Origin: Neocallimastix sp. 'constans'
Lineage: Eukaryota
Direction: 5' to 3'
Assembly: GCA_050613775.1 (NCBI GenBank)
Contig: JBODTK010000122.1
Location: 372,001-436,000 of the forward strand
DNA length: 64,000 nt
Shown here: positions 13,746-25,046 of the stretch, piece by piece
Position numbering within the stretch: position 1 is the stretch's first letter
Layout of the letters: each line of letters opens with the position of its first letter
The notes under the pieces: model-generated
Seen by the model: only the letters and a program-made list of their open reading frames with translations
Told to the model about the DNA's origin: nothing
Database searches by the model: none
Made by a program: the position numbers and the translations under genes

Positions 13746-13886
13746 CGTTTAACCATCATTTTTTTTTTTTTTTTTTTTTTTTAGACTAGGAATAAACTTT
13801 ATTTAATAATATTATTTTAAAAAATACATGAAATTTAAATACATGAAATTTTTTTTTTTTTTTTTTTTTATATTAATATTAAAAAA

Positions 13887-16800
13887 CTACGTTATGAGCT
13901 TCGAGGACGAAATGGCCTCTAACTCTTCCCATTCATCGAAGATAACCCCATGTGGATGAAAATTATCATTCGAATCTGTATCAGAATTTCTTCTTTGCCT
14001 TATCGTTACGACGTCGACGCTCTTGACAACGGTAGGTCTAACACTATACAAATCGATCATGGTGTAAAAATCACCAATCATAATAGGCATAACGTTAGTA
14101 AGGAATTCCGCAAGCCCCACAAAATATGAAATCGGGAAAGAAGACTCGTTCGAAGGTGAATGAAAAATATTATTAATAAATCGCCTTCTTTCCCCCGAGC
14201 CGATCTTTAAGATTTCAAATACTGCATTTCCGCCAAGAAGGAGACACAGCACGTAAAAATTGATATTATCATCAAAATCTTCCTCTTTATCATCAGGAAT
14301 GTTCAATGATTTCTCATGAACAATTAGAGAAAAATTAATAAAAATTTCATCAACAAAGGGAATGAAATGTTGCCTAAATTCTTCAAATTTAGGACATAAA
14401 AGTATCCAGTGTGTAAAACTAGGTATGCTGTTACTCTCACCACAACAAGGGCAGTATGTTGGGCAATTTTCTGATACTAGATTACTTTTAACATACGTTT
14501 TTACATCAAATTTGAATCCACATTTAATTCGTCCAATCCAAAAAAATCCAAGAGAAAATTGTGAATATTTTAGTGATAGACGATGAATAAATTTTTTAAA
14601 ACCAAATTTAAATTTCTTGTATTTTGTAGATCTGATCGCAGGAGTGCTTGAATAATGAATATTTTCCCAGTAAAACTTCCTTATTTCTCCAGGAAGTTTA
14701 TTATTGTGCTTGTGTACTGCTAAACTCCGTGCTTTTTTCGTCCATGAATAGTGAGAAAGTGTAGGTATATTTTTGACTAAATGAGAAATAATACAAGAAG
14801 AATCTTTCCACTTTTTAAAGCATCGAATCATCGCCTTAGCACAAAAACTAGCTATAGGAGGTATAGAAAGTTCCTTAGACATATTTTAAATTGAAGTATT
14901 GGAGGTTTTATTTTTAAACCCGAAACTCCAATACAAACCTCGATTAAAAGCAGTTTGAGCTTTTTCAGTATTCTTTTTATTTGAACCAAGTAAGGGAGCA
15001 TAATAAAGAACTGAACTAAGGACAAAAGAAACTAGTATACGAGTTTTAAAGTAGAAAGGAACATTCCTATTGGTTAAAAATCTAAAGAAAGAGTTAACTG
15101 TATAATTAATTTTACTATTCATCTTAGCAATAATAGGTTTTAAATCCAACGATTCATTAAAAGGTATACCAAGATATGTATATTGATTAGTGCTTGGTAT
15201 ATAGTTCATACCAAGTCTAAATGTAGGATTTTCATAATGTCTTGAAGGTATAAAATTCTTTGGTTTAACAACTAGTGTAGCGCATTTATTGATTCCAAAG
15301 GTCATTTCATTTTTAATACCCCAATCATGAGCAATATTCAAAAGGTTTTTAAGTGAAGATTTTGTAGGAGCTAATAATACAATATCATCAGCAAATAATC
15401 CACCACAACACTTTTTCTTTTCAGTAATCACACCATATCTTTTACATTTATCAAAAATATCATTGATAAATATATTGAATAAGATAGGTGAGAGAGGACA
15501 CCCTTGGCGAACACCACGGTGTATTGGAAATTCTTTTGAAAGTTTACCATTAAAGTTTGCACGAGCTTTCGAGGTAAGGTATAGATTAGTAATGAATTGA
15601 AGGCATTTACCACGAATACCAAGATTATCTAGTTTAGTAAGTATATTGTAAATTGGAACTGAATCATAAGCTTTTTTTAGGTCAAGAAAGGCAAGAAAGG
15701 TAAATTTATCCTTAAATTTTCTTCTTTGACAAATTTCACGAATGGATACAAATAAACTAATACATTCTTCTTTATTTCTAAAACCAAACTGTTCTGGTCT
15801 AATTATTCCATTAGAAAAAGCATAGTCCGATATTCTTTTAGTGACAATTTTTGATAGAATTTTTAAACCTACAATGATGAGAGAAATACCACGATAATTA
15901 TTACAATCTGAAAGATCCCCTTTTTTAGGAATAGAAACAATAGAAGCAGAGTTCCATTCATTAGGAAAGTCACCATCCCAAATTTTATTAGAAAGTAATA
16001 ACAGACACTTTGCACAATCGGAATAAGTAACCTCTTGATTAGAGTCATCCTGAGAAGAAGTTCTACTCTCAGGATTAAAAAATGCTTTAAAAAATTCTGT
16101 AGGTATACCATCAGGACCAGGTGCTTTGTTATTTTTCATTGAAAGAACAGTTGAATGAATTTCTGACATGGAAATAGGTTGATTAATATCCCATGATTCC
16201 TGAGGAGTAGAAAAATTATTAAGTATTTTTTTCCAATAATTTTCATTAAGACTGTGACCAGTTGTATCAGAAGCAAGTGAGCCAGTTAGCAAAATCAGTT
16301 TCCGCTTTTTCTCTAGAGTCTTTGTGTTTTTTGCTAGGGATGTAAATGTTCCCTAAAGAACATCTGACACCCCAAAAAGAGAATATATTTACTGAGAGTA
16401 TATATCTATATTCAAAATCATCATTAGTGAATTGGCAGGAGGAGTGCACACCTATATAAAGGCCCCTCATACCAGGGATTTTTTTGTCCGCACGTCTCAG
16501 TACTGTTCTATAATGATTAAGGAATGGATATGAGTTAGAAAAAGAGTTAAGGAATGAACTATTACCGACTTCTTGAAGACAAATACAAATAGGATTAAAG
16601 ATTGAATTAAAATTGGTAAGTCCGTCACGTTTTTCAGAATTCCAACCATTTATGTTCCAGCTAATACAGAGGTTGAAATATTGAGTATTCGAGAAAGGGT
16701 TAGCATACAGGAGGCTTTCAGAGATGGGGATTGAGGGTTCAGAATAATACCTGGTTCTATTATGATTAACATTGCTAAATGTGCGTATCCTTGAAGTAAT

Positions 16801-17085
16801 CTTCCATTTTATTCTTTTAACAGGTAAGTGCTTAGTAATCAAATAAATAACCTTCAAATAATCCGTATAATTGTTATAGTTAACTCTTAGGATGAAGTAG
16901 TTTTCCATATTAATATAGTGTTTTTTAACGATTCCATGAATAACTTCATTACAATTTGATATCTTTTTGCTTAAAAATTCCCATAGTCTACTTTCAGTCC
17001 AAGATTCAAGATCATGAATGAAAATTAAAACAAATTTATCATGGTCAGGACCATAATGTCGCAGACCTCTTCGTATAGTTGACAT
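13887..17085 (-). pseudogene. Disrupted LINE polyprotein (N-terminal domain, APE endonuclease, reverse transcriptase, Cys/His domain)
   Basis: The three track ORFs are pieces of one frame. 14886-16292 and 13887-14882 are separated by a single in-frame TAA (TCA ATT TAA AAT ATG). The APE part stops at FANWL before GDFN/SDH and changes frame into LASDTTGHSL near 16280, consistent with a deletion junction. Confidence 0.9.
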
Positions 17086-17319
17086 AATAAAATAAAAAAC
17101 TTATCTATATTAATAAAAAGTAAATGTAATATAAAAATAAAAAATAAAATTAGTAAAAAATTAAAAAATTAAAAAAAAAAAAATAAAAATTTATTGCTGT
17201 TGTCTTCTCTTTCGTGTATATTGTTTGCTAAAACTTGTTTGTTTTTCTTTCTTTTTGTGTTGACTAGTTTTTAATTAATGATTTTCAATTATAAATTCCT
17301 GTTTTATGTAAAAATTTCT

Positions 17320-17817
17320 GTAAAATAATCATATATAATATAAAATTTAAATGTTAATGAAATAATAGTTGTGAAAAAACTATAAAAAGATTCCCATCCG
17401 TTAAATAATGTCTTAAACACAAGCTTTGGAGTGAATCAATCTCCTACATTTCCATTTTACAATAGCTACATGAAAGTATAAATAATACTATAGAAAAATA
17501 CATATACAAAATAATGCTAAAGTAAAAAATACAATAGATTCATTACAATGATAATATGTAGAAACTACATGATATTATTAATTATACAACTCCAATGTTA
17601 CTACATATCCAGTTTAAAACAATATAAAACATCAGGTTCACTTTCTACAGTCTTCCAGTATTCCAGTTTTCACTCTTCGTACTAGAAGCCACTTTAGAAA
17701 GGATAACCATATATTATCATCAGAATCACAGAAAGCTGTAATTAGTACACCTGATATAGGTTAATCCTTTTCCATCAACCCTCCATGGACCTGGAAAAAC
17801 AGTCCACTTCATTGGGG
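17320..17817 (-). ncRNA. Candidate structured 5' leader RNA of LINE copy 1 (kink-turn/pseudoknot and multi-hairpin domain)
   Basis: Shared with 57970-58486, including an identical block of more than 60 nt. Minus-strand start reads CCCC-AAU-GA-AGUGGAC-UGUUUUUCCAG-GUCCAUG-GA-GGG-UUGA-UGGAAAAGG. Folded by eye. Confidence 0.6.
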
Positions 17818-17830
17818 CGTTTAACCATCA

Positions 17831-17915
17831 GACCAGTAATAATGTCTTGAAAGGGATAAGGTTCTTTGGTTTAACAACAACAAAGTACATTTACCTAAAT
17901 CTAAAAGTCATTTCA
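17831..17915 (-). mobile_element. Short LINE RT remnant forming the target of the 13759-17817 insertion
   Basis: ttctttggtttaacaaca...catttacc...gtcatttcattt resembles 15257-15313 (NEMTFG.NKC..LVVKPKN.IPSRHY). Confidence 0.65.
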
Positions 17916-18472
17916 TTTCTTTTAGCATTTTTAAAATAAAAATAAAAATAAAAATAAAAATAAAAATAAAAATAAAAAAAGTTTCTTTTTCTTTATTTCC
18001 ATGATATTGCCCTCCTCTAAAAGGCAAAAACACAATTCAATATTGAAATAGCATTAAATTATTAAATTTAGCAAATTTACACTTTTTCTATCTTAATTTT
18101 TTTTTTTATATATCTTTATATATATATATTATTATTTTTTTTTTCTATTTATTTATTTATTTATTTATTTATTATTTATTTATTTATTTGTTTATATGAA
18201 ATTTTATTTATTTATTTTACTTTTTATTATTTGAAGTTTATATGAATTTCTTTATATTAAAATTGTTCATCTATTATTTTAAAGGTTTAATTTATTTTAC
18301 CTATTATTATTATTATTATTACATTTAATAATAATATATAGCTTATGAAATATTTTTCAAAGATGAACAATTTATTTTGAAAAAATAAAAAAAAATATAT
18401 ATATTAAAAATATTAAATAATATATTATTTTTTAAATTGCAAAAATTACTATTTTACAATTTTTATTTCTCT

Positions 18473-18517
<45 letters not shown>

Positions 18518-19155
18518 CTTTCCCTCTTTAAAGCATTACTTTGCTTTGTTTAAATTATTCGTTTATTAATAATTTTCCTATTTTTTTTTTTTTTTTTTTT
18601 TTTCTATAAATAAAAAAGTTAAGAAAAGAAAAAGATAAAAAAACAATAAAAAAATAAAAAAAAAAAAAAAAAGAATATTTATAATAAAATAAACATTTAA
18701 TTATAAATAATAGAACAGAAATATTAAAATTGATATTACTATTAATTTTTTTTTCTTTTTTTTTTTTTTTAATTAAATTGTTTAAAATAAAAAAATTGCT
18801 AATTTATTTATATATTGAAATTTATAATAAAAAAGAAATGTTTAATGTTTTAAAAAAAAAATAAAATGTTAAATTATTTTTTAAATATATAAAAAAAGTT
18901 TTAATAAAAAAAAAATATTACTAAATATCACATCCAATTTTCTTTTCAAATTAAATACTTTCAAATTAGTTATCATTGAAAAGAAAATGGATAATATATA
19001 AATTATTTTATATATAATTTATTACTAAAAAAATTTTTTTTGTTGTTTTTATATTTATTTGCATATTAATTTACTTGTTCTTTTTTTCTTCTTTATTTGT
19101 AATATTTATTAATAGTCTTCAATATAATAAAAAATATTCCCCTTTAATCTTCCAA

Positions 19156-19782
19156 TTAATATTCGTAAAGTGAAATATCATCATCTTCTTCTTCAGTTTT
19201 ATTCCATGGATAGTATGGATTTGAAACAGTTATACCCTTACTCAAACTATCGTTTGAACTTGTGCTACTACCAATTATTATAGTTTCTGAAGAACTTGAG
19301 TAAGAACTTTCAGAAGAGTTTGATGAAAAAGATCCCTTAAATCCATTAGTAATAGCAAAGCCTCCATGTTGATGATATTTATGGTTAAGATGCCCATGCT
19401 CAATATTATACATATTCTTTTTAGTTAATTCACAAGATCTAAAGACCTTATCATTTTGATTTAGCCATTGACTTAAACCACTTGAAACACTTGGATTGTA
19501 ACAACCTGCATCATAATTTGGTCTATTTCTAAACTTTAAATCATTACCTTGGTAAAATAAAAGTTTATCTGGATTATTCAAATACTTTGAAGAGGCATTA
19601 TAGGAACTTGGACTACTACCTCCACTAATCATACTAGAGTTATCATTAAACGATCCATATTCAGTAGGTAAACTACTAAGTTTTAAGCCCTTTTCATCTT
19701 GGTTTCTACAGAGAGAACAGCAATATAACTCTCCATTAGTTTGCTTTCCACAATTTAAGCACCAATTGGTATCAATATCCAT
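19156..19782 (-). CDS. Ecl1-family (life-span regulatory, zinc-binding) protein, 208 aa, intronless
   Basis: N-terminal WCLNCGKQTNGELYCCSLCRNQD fits the Ecl1 pattern C-x2-C-x-K-Q...LYC-x3-C-x3-D. It is followed by a Ser-rich disordered tail. Confidence 0.8.
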   Translation of the reverse strand: MDIDTNWCLNCGKQTNGELYCCSLCRNQDEKGLKLSSLPTEYGSFNDNSSMISGGSSPSSYNASSKYLNNPDKLLFYQGNDLKFRNRPNYDAGCYNPSVSSGLSQWLNQNDKVFRSCELTKKNMYNIEHGHLNHKYHQHGGFAITNGFKGSFSSNSSESSYSSSSETIIIGSSTSSNDSLSKGITVSNPYYPWNKTEEEDDDISLYEY

Positions 19783-20276
19783 TTTATTTTATATTATTAG
19801 TAAAAAAAAATTCCTTTATTAAGTTTAGTTATAAAAAATATAGGTTTTTATTGAGTATTAGGTAATAAATAACTTTTTATTTATTATCCGCTTTTTATTA
19901 ATATTTGTTTTATATATTATAAATTTCTATATATAAATATTGATATAATTAATAAAACCAAAATAATATTAGTATTACATATTTATAATAAAGTAAAAAT
20001 TATAAAACACTATCTAAAAATTTAATATTAAAATAAATTACCTTTTACGTATTATTTAGTGTATATATTTTTAAAATATAAATTTATTATTTATAAATTA
20101 TTTTTTTATTTTATTATTGAATAATAAATAAAAAGATTTTATTTATTTATTAAACTTTATTATTACTTTATTTATAAAAACTTTTTATTTTTTTTTTATA
20201 TTAATTTGTATTATTATTTTTTTTACTTCTATTATTATTATTATTATTATTTATTTATTTAGTTTAAAATTACAAT

Positions 20277-20369
20277 TTAATCAATATCAATTTCTGATTT
20301 TTGTTTGAAATTAATACTAGTAGTTTGATTTTCAATGATGATAATAGTAGAATTCTTGCTAAAGTTCAT
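20277..20369 (-). other. Putative 30-codon upstream ORF of the Ecl1-like gene
   Basis: ATG AAC TTT AGC AAG ... GAA ATT GAT ATT GAT TAA gives MNFSKNSTIIIIENQTTSINFKQKSEIDID*. Same strand, ~500 nt upstream, more complex than its flanks, TATA-like run just upstream. Confidence 0.3.
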
Positions 20370-21654
20370 CTTAATGTATATAAAATTTATTTTAAACTGC
20401 TTTTTTTTTATTTTATATATAAATATATATAAATCAATCACGATTTTTTAAAAAAAAATTCTTAAATATAATAAACGCTCTTTTCTATATAGAAAAAAAA
20501 TAAAATACAATTTGAAGATTTAAAAATTAAGATGGAAATTTTATCTATTTATATAAAAATTTTTAAATACAAAAAATATATATATTAAATTAGATAAATA
20601 ATAATTAATAATTAATAATTTATTTAGTTTATTTATTTATTTATATAAATATATTAAATAAAAAATTTTAGAATATTAAAATATTATAAATTATTATTAG
20701 AAGAAAAAAAAATTATTTTTATTATTATTAACCATTATTTAATTTTAATAATCATTTAAAAAATTTAATAATGGTAATAATAATAATAATAATAATTTTC
20801 TTCTTCTATTTAATAAATATGAAGTCTATTTAATAATTTATTAAAATATATATTAAATGTAATATAATAAATATAATATAAAATAAATATCATATATAAA
20901 AAAAAAAGCATTTATTAAATAATTAAATACTATTTAAATATAAAATAATATTAAATTATATTATCAATTATATTTAGTAGTATATTATATTTAATATATA
21001 TTTATTATAATTAAATTAATTTTTTTATATTAATTGATATATAATAACTAATATAATTATTAAGAATAGTATCAAAAAAAACTACATAGAATAGTTATTT
21101 CTATTATTCTAACTACTATTTTAGTACTGTAATATATTATTTTAAGTTGTACCATATATTATAATTAATTGAAATTTTTATTAAATTTTAAATTTAAATA
21201 AAAATAATTAATTTAAAAAGTAATAAATTCCAATTTAATTATAATATTAAAGTTACATATAATAAAAATAAAATGTAATATTTTAAAATATTTAAATTAA
21301 TATAGATAATTTCATTTTATTAGTAATTAAGCTTTAATATATATTTTGTATATATAAAAAAGCAACATACCATTTAATAATAAAAAATATTAATAAAGTA
21401 TAATAATAATAATAATAATAATAATAATTTTATTTTAATTTTTATCTGTGAGTTTTGAATAATGTAGTAATATAACAATAATATATTCCGAATATATGAC
21501 ATTCTTATTCACTATTTAAACAAATATTCTCTTGATATATTATTAATAAGCATATTTAATATTTAATATTTAATATTTAATATTGGGTAATAAACTTTTT
21601 TTTAAAAAAAGCCATGACAATTAATAATAATTCTAAAATTAATACTTTATTTAC

Positions 21655-21685
<31 letters not shown>

Positions 21686-21718
21686 CTTATTTATTTACTT
21701 ATTTATTTACTTATTTAC

Positions 21719-21789
<71 letters not shown>

Positions 21790-24700
21790 TATCAAATACA
21801 CTATTATCAAAAGTTTTAATAACAAAAAGATTGTTCATATTACCTATTAGGTTTCCTACAATAACTAAGAGTATATTATAACAATCAATTAAGTTTTATA
21901 TATGCTATTAGATAATACATTTATATTTTTAAATTTTCCTTCATTCATTATTATCTCTGTTTTTATTTTAAAATCTTTTATTATTTAAAATTTCATACTT
22001 TTTTTTTTCAATTTAGGTTTTTTTTTTTATTATTATTATTTTTGTAATTGATTAATTCAAATAATAAAATTAAATATATAAAAAGTTTAAACCCTCTCAA
22101 TTTTTTCCTACCCTATTTTTATCCCAAATAAAATTAAAATAAAATGAAATATAATACTACAATTTATATATAATTATGAATAATAAATAATTAAACAATT
22201 AAAATGATAATAATAATAATTTATAAACAATTTTAATAATTTTTTTTAAAAATAAAAAAAGTAGTTTAAATAGTATGAAAGTGATGTAAATATAATTGTG
22301 AATAATCCCATTAATACATTTAAAAGTTTAGTCTTAAATAATTATTAACGGTTAACTAGCCTATTTTCATGCAATTTTCCATTTATTAAAGTTTTATAAG
22401 TTAAAACTCATAAACTCTACTATTAATATATTAAAACTAATAAAAAAAAAAGTATAATATATTTTCATTATATTAATAATTGAATAATATACAATTAAAG
22501 ATTTTTATTAATATAATATAAAAAAAAAAGTTTAAAATTGAACTTTTAATGTAATATATAAACTATATTAGTTATTATAATTATAATATATTTGAAATAG
22601 TTTTAATTTTAAATTTTAGTTTTTATAATAATAAATATATATAAAAAAAGTATTTACTATATATTAATCTATTTTGTATAGAAATATAATAATTAATAAA
22701 GTTTAACATTTATGATATAATTTAATAATTGCATAAAAAAAAATAAAATAAACTTTTAATATGATTTACTTTAATTTATATTAAATTTAACAAATATTAA
22801 ATTAACTAATTAATTATTTTATTAATTAATTTGTAATTATTAATTAGATTATTATATTTATATAAAAAATTTAAAGAAATATAAATAAATGATAAAACAA
22901 AAAAGTACTATAAAATTAGTAAAAACATAATTAAATATAAAATAATGAAATTATAAAATGAAATTAATATTAATATTAAAAATAGTAATAATAAATTAAT
23001 AGTAATAAAGTAATGATAAATTCCTTTAATAAAAATAACAAAATATACGATTGTTCATATTAAAAATATTGATGGACATTAATTATAAAGTATTGAATAT
23101 AATATTAATATGAAATTTTTTATCTATAATAAAGAATGTAAAAGAAATACATGATTTAAAAAAAAAAAATATGAATTTATAAAATAAATATTAATAAAAA
23201 TTATGGCTAAAGTTTATTTTAATTCTTTATTACTTAAATCTATTTTATATGATTTTTATATATTTTTTATTTATATATTATTTAGTATATTTATCTTGAT
23301 CTTTTATTTATTTATTTATTTATTTATTTATCTATTTTTTGATAAATTATAGTTCAAAAGTAACTAATATTATTTAAATAAGTATTCTTTTAAAAATATT
23401 TTAAAATATAAATAAAATATTAAAAAAAAATAATTACAATATTAATAATACTAAGGAAAAAAGGAAAATAAATTCTTGGTAATTCAAAAATTTGATTTTA
23501 TTAAAAATTTTTATAGTTAGTAATTTAATAATCTCATTGGTCAAGTCAGGTTAGTATTGTCTAAACATTAATTGTTTATTATTATTAAAAATATAATATA
23601 ATAAAAAGAGTAATATGATTTAATATGGTTAAATTATGAATAATCTTTCTTTTAATAATACCAAAATATGAACAATTAATATAAGTTTATAATGAAATAA
23701 TCTAATTAAAATAAAATGTGCTCTATTTATTTCAATAAAATAATTGTTTTTGTTTAATAATCATTTTAATTTAACCTTTTATAAAGATATTTATCCTTTT
23801 TTTTTTATTCAATTTTAGCATTATTAACTTTTTTTTTTTATTAAAAATTTATAAATAAAAGGTTAATTTGGATTAATTAAAATAATTAACATTCATTAAA
23901 TTTAAAAAAAAAAAGTATATATATATATATAAAATAAAAATAAAAATATAATTGAGTTAAAATTTTAACATATAAATAATAATTAAAATTAATTTTTACT
24001 TGGCCGTAGAATTAAATTTTCAGAGGGAAAATTAAATTGCGTATTTATTCATTGGCAGAATCTATTGTAAAATTTTCTTTTCTTTTAACAAGAAAGAGAC
24101 AAATATTGTTGGGTTATCTCAACTAAAAATAAAAATAAGATTATTATTACTATTTTTTATCAAATTTTATAATACTATAATTAGAGTTTTTAAAAATATT
24201 TTTAATAAAACAAAAAAGTCAAAATCATTTAAAATATATAATAAATAAAGTTTTAATTTAATTTGTATAATAAAAAAAGGGGATTAATTAATTAATAAAT
24301 TCAATAAAGAATTTTTTTTATTTATTAATGGTTAATACTATAAAGAAAGAATTAAGTATTTAACCAATATCAAAAAATAAATATATAAATATGAAATATA
24401 AAATATATGAAATATTTAATAAATATATATTAAATATATATTAAATAAATATATTATACATATGAATATATAAAAATAAAATTAAATATATTGAATAATT
24501 ATATAAATTTATTATTAAATAAAAATTATCATTAAAATATAAAAAGATTTTAAAAATATAAAAATTAAATATTAATAAATAAATACTAATAAATTTAAGA
24601 TAAACCTTTTCAATCAATTCAATTTATTATCTGTTTACATTATTATTAAATGAAACAAAAAATAATAAAAGTTTAGTTAAAAAAAAAAAAATAAAGATAA

Positions 24701-25008
24701 AAGTAAATAAAGTAATTAACTAATAAAAATAATAAAAGATTTTTATTTTAATTAACATGGAAATTTTTTTTTATACATCGTTTACTACTAATAATTTCAT
24801 ATGTTATTCACAATATATAGGTAAATAATTAATTAAATATATACATTAAATAATGTTTATTTATATGAAATAATAATATTAAAAAAAGAGTTTTAAAATT
24901 ATTATTTAGTTTATTTAAATATTACATTTACTAAATATATTATATATTAGTTTCAATGTATTAAATAATAGCAATGCGTATTACATATGAGATAGTAATT
25001 GAATAAAA

Positions 25009-25046
<38 letters not shown>

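Larger units (their letters stand above)
13759..17817 (-). mobile_element. Non-LTR retrotransposon (LINE), single ORF APE-RT-zinc finger, 5'-complete, internally deleted
   Basis: 13-bp TSD CGTTTAACCATCA at 13746-13758 and 17818-17830. Poly(A) tail at 13759-13782. About 730 nt of 5' leader. APE motifs SWNINGW and ICLQEV; RT motifs DLKKAYD, RQGCPLSP and LFADD; C-terminal CPCC...HWILLC. Confidence 0.95.

Noticed and set aside
17630..17760. Hammerhead ribozyme in the LINE leader (hairpin followed by CUGAUGA, later GAA/GAAA)
   Set aside because: No stem II closes between CUGAUGA and a GAAA, and no single-nucleotide NUH junction links stems III and I, so the canonical core cannot be built.
17766..17817. 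Twister, pistol or HDV-like ribozyme identity for the 5' motif
   Set aside because: AAUGAAG and GGAGGG recall twister, but the GUxxxAAGC loop is absent. I could not build the pistol or HDV nested-pseudoknot cores by eye.
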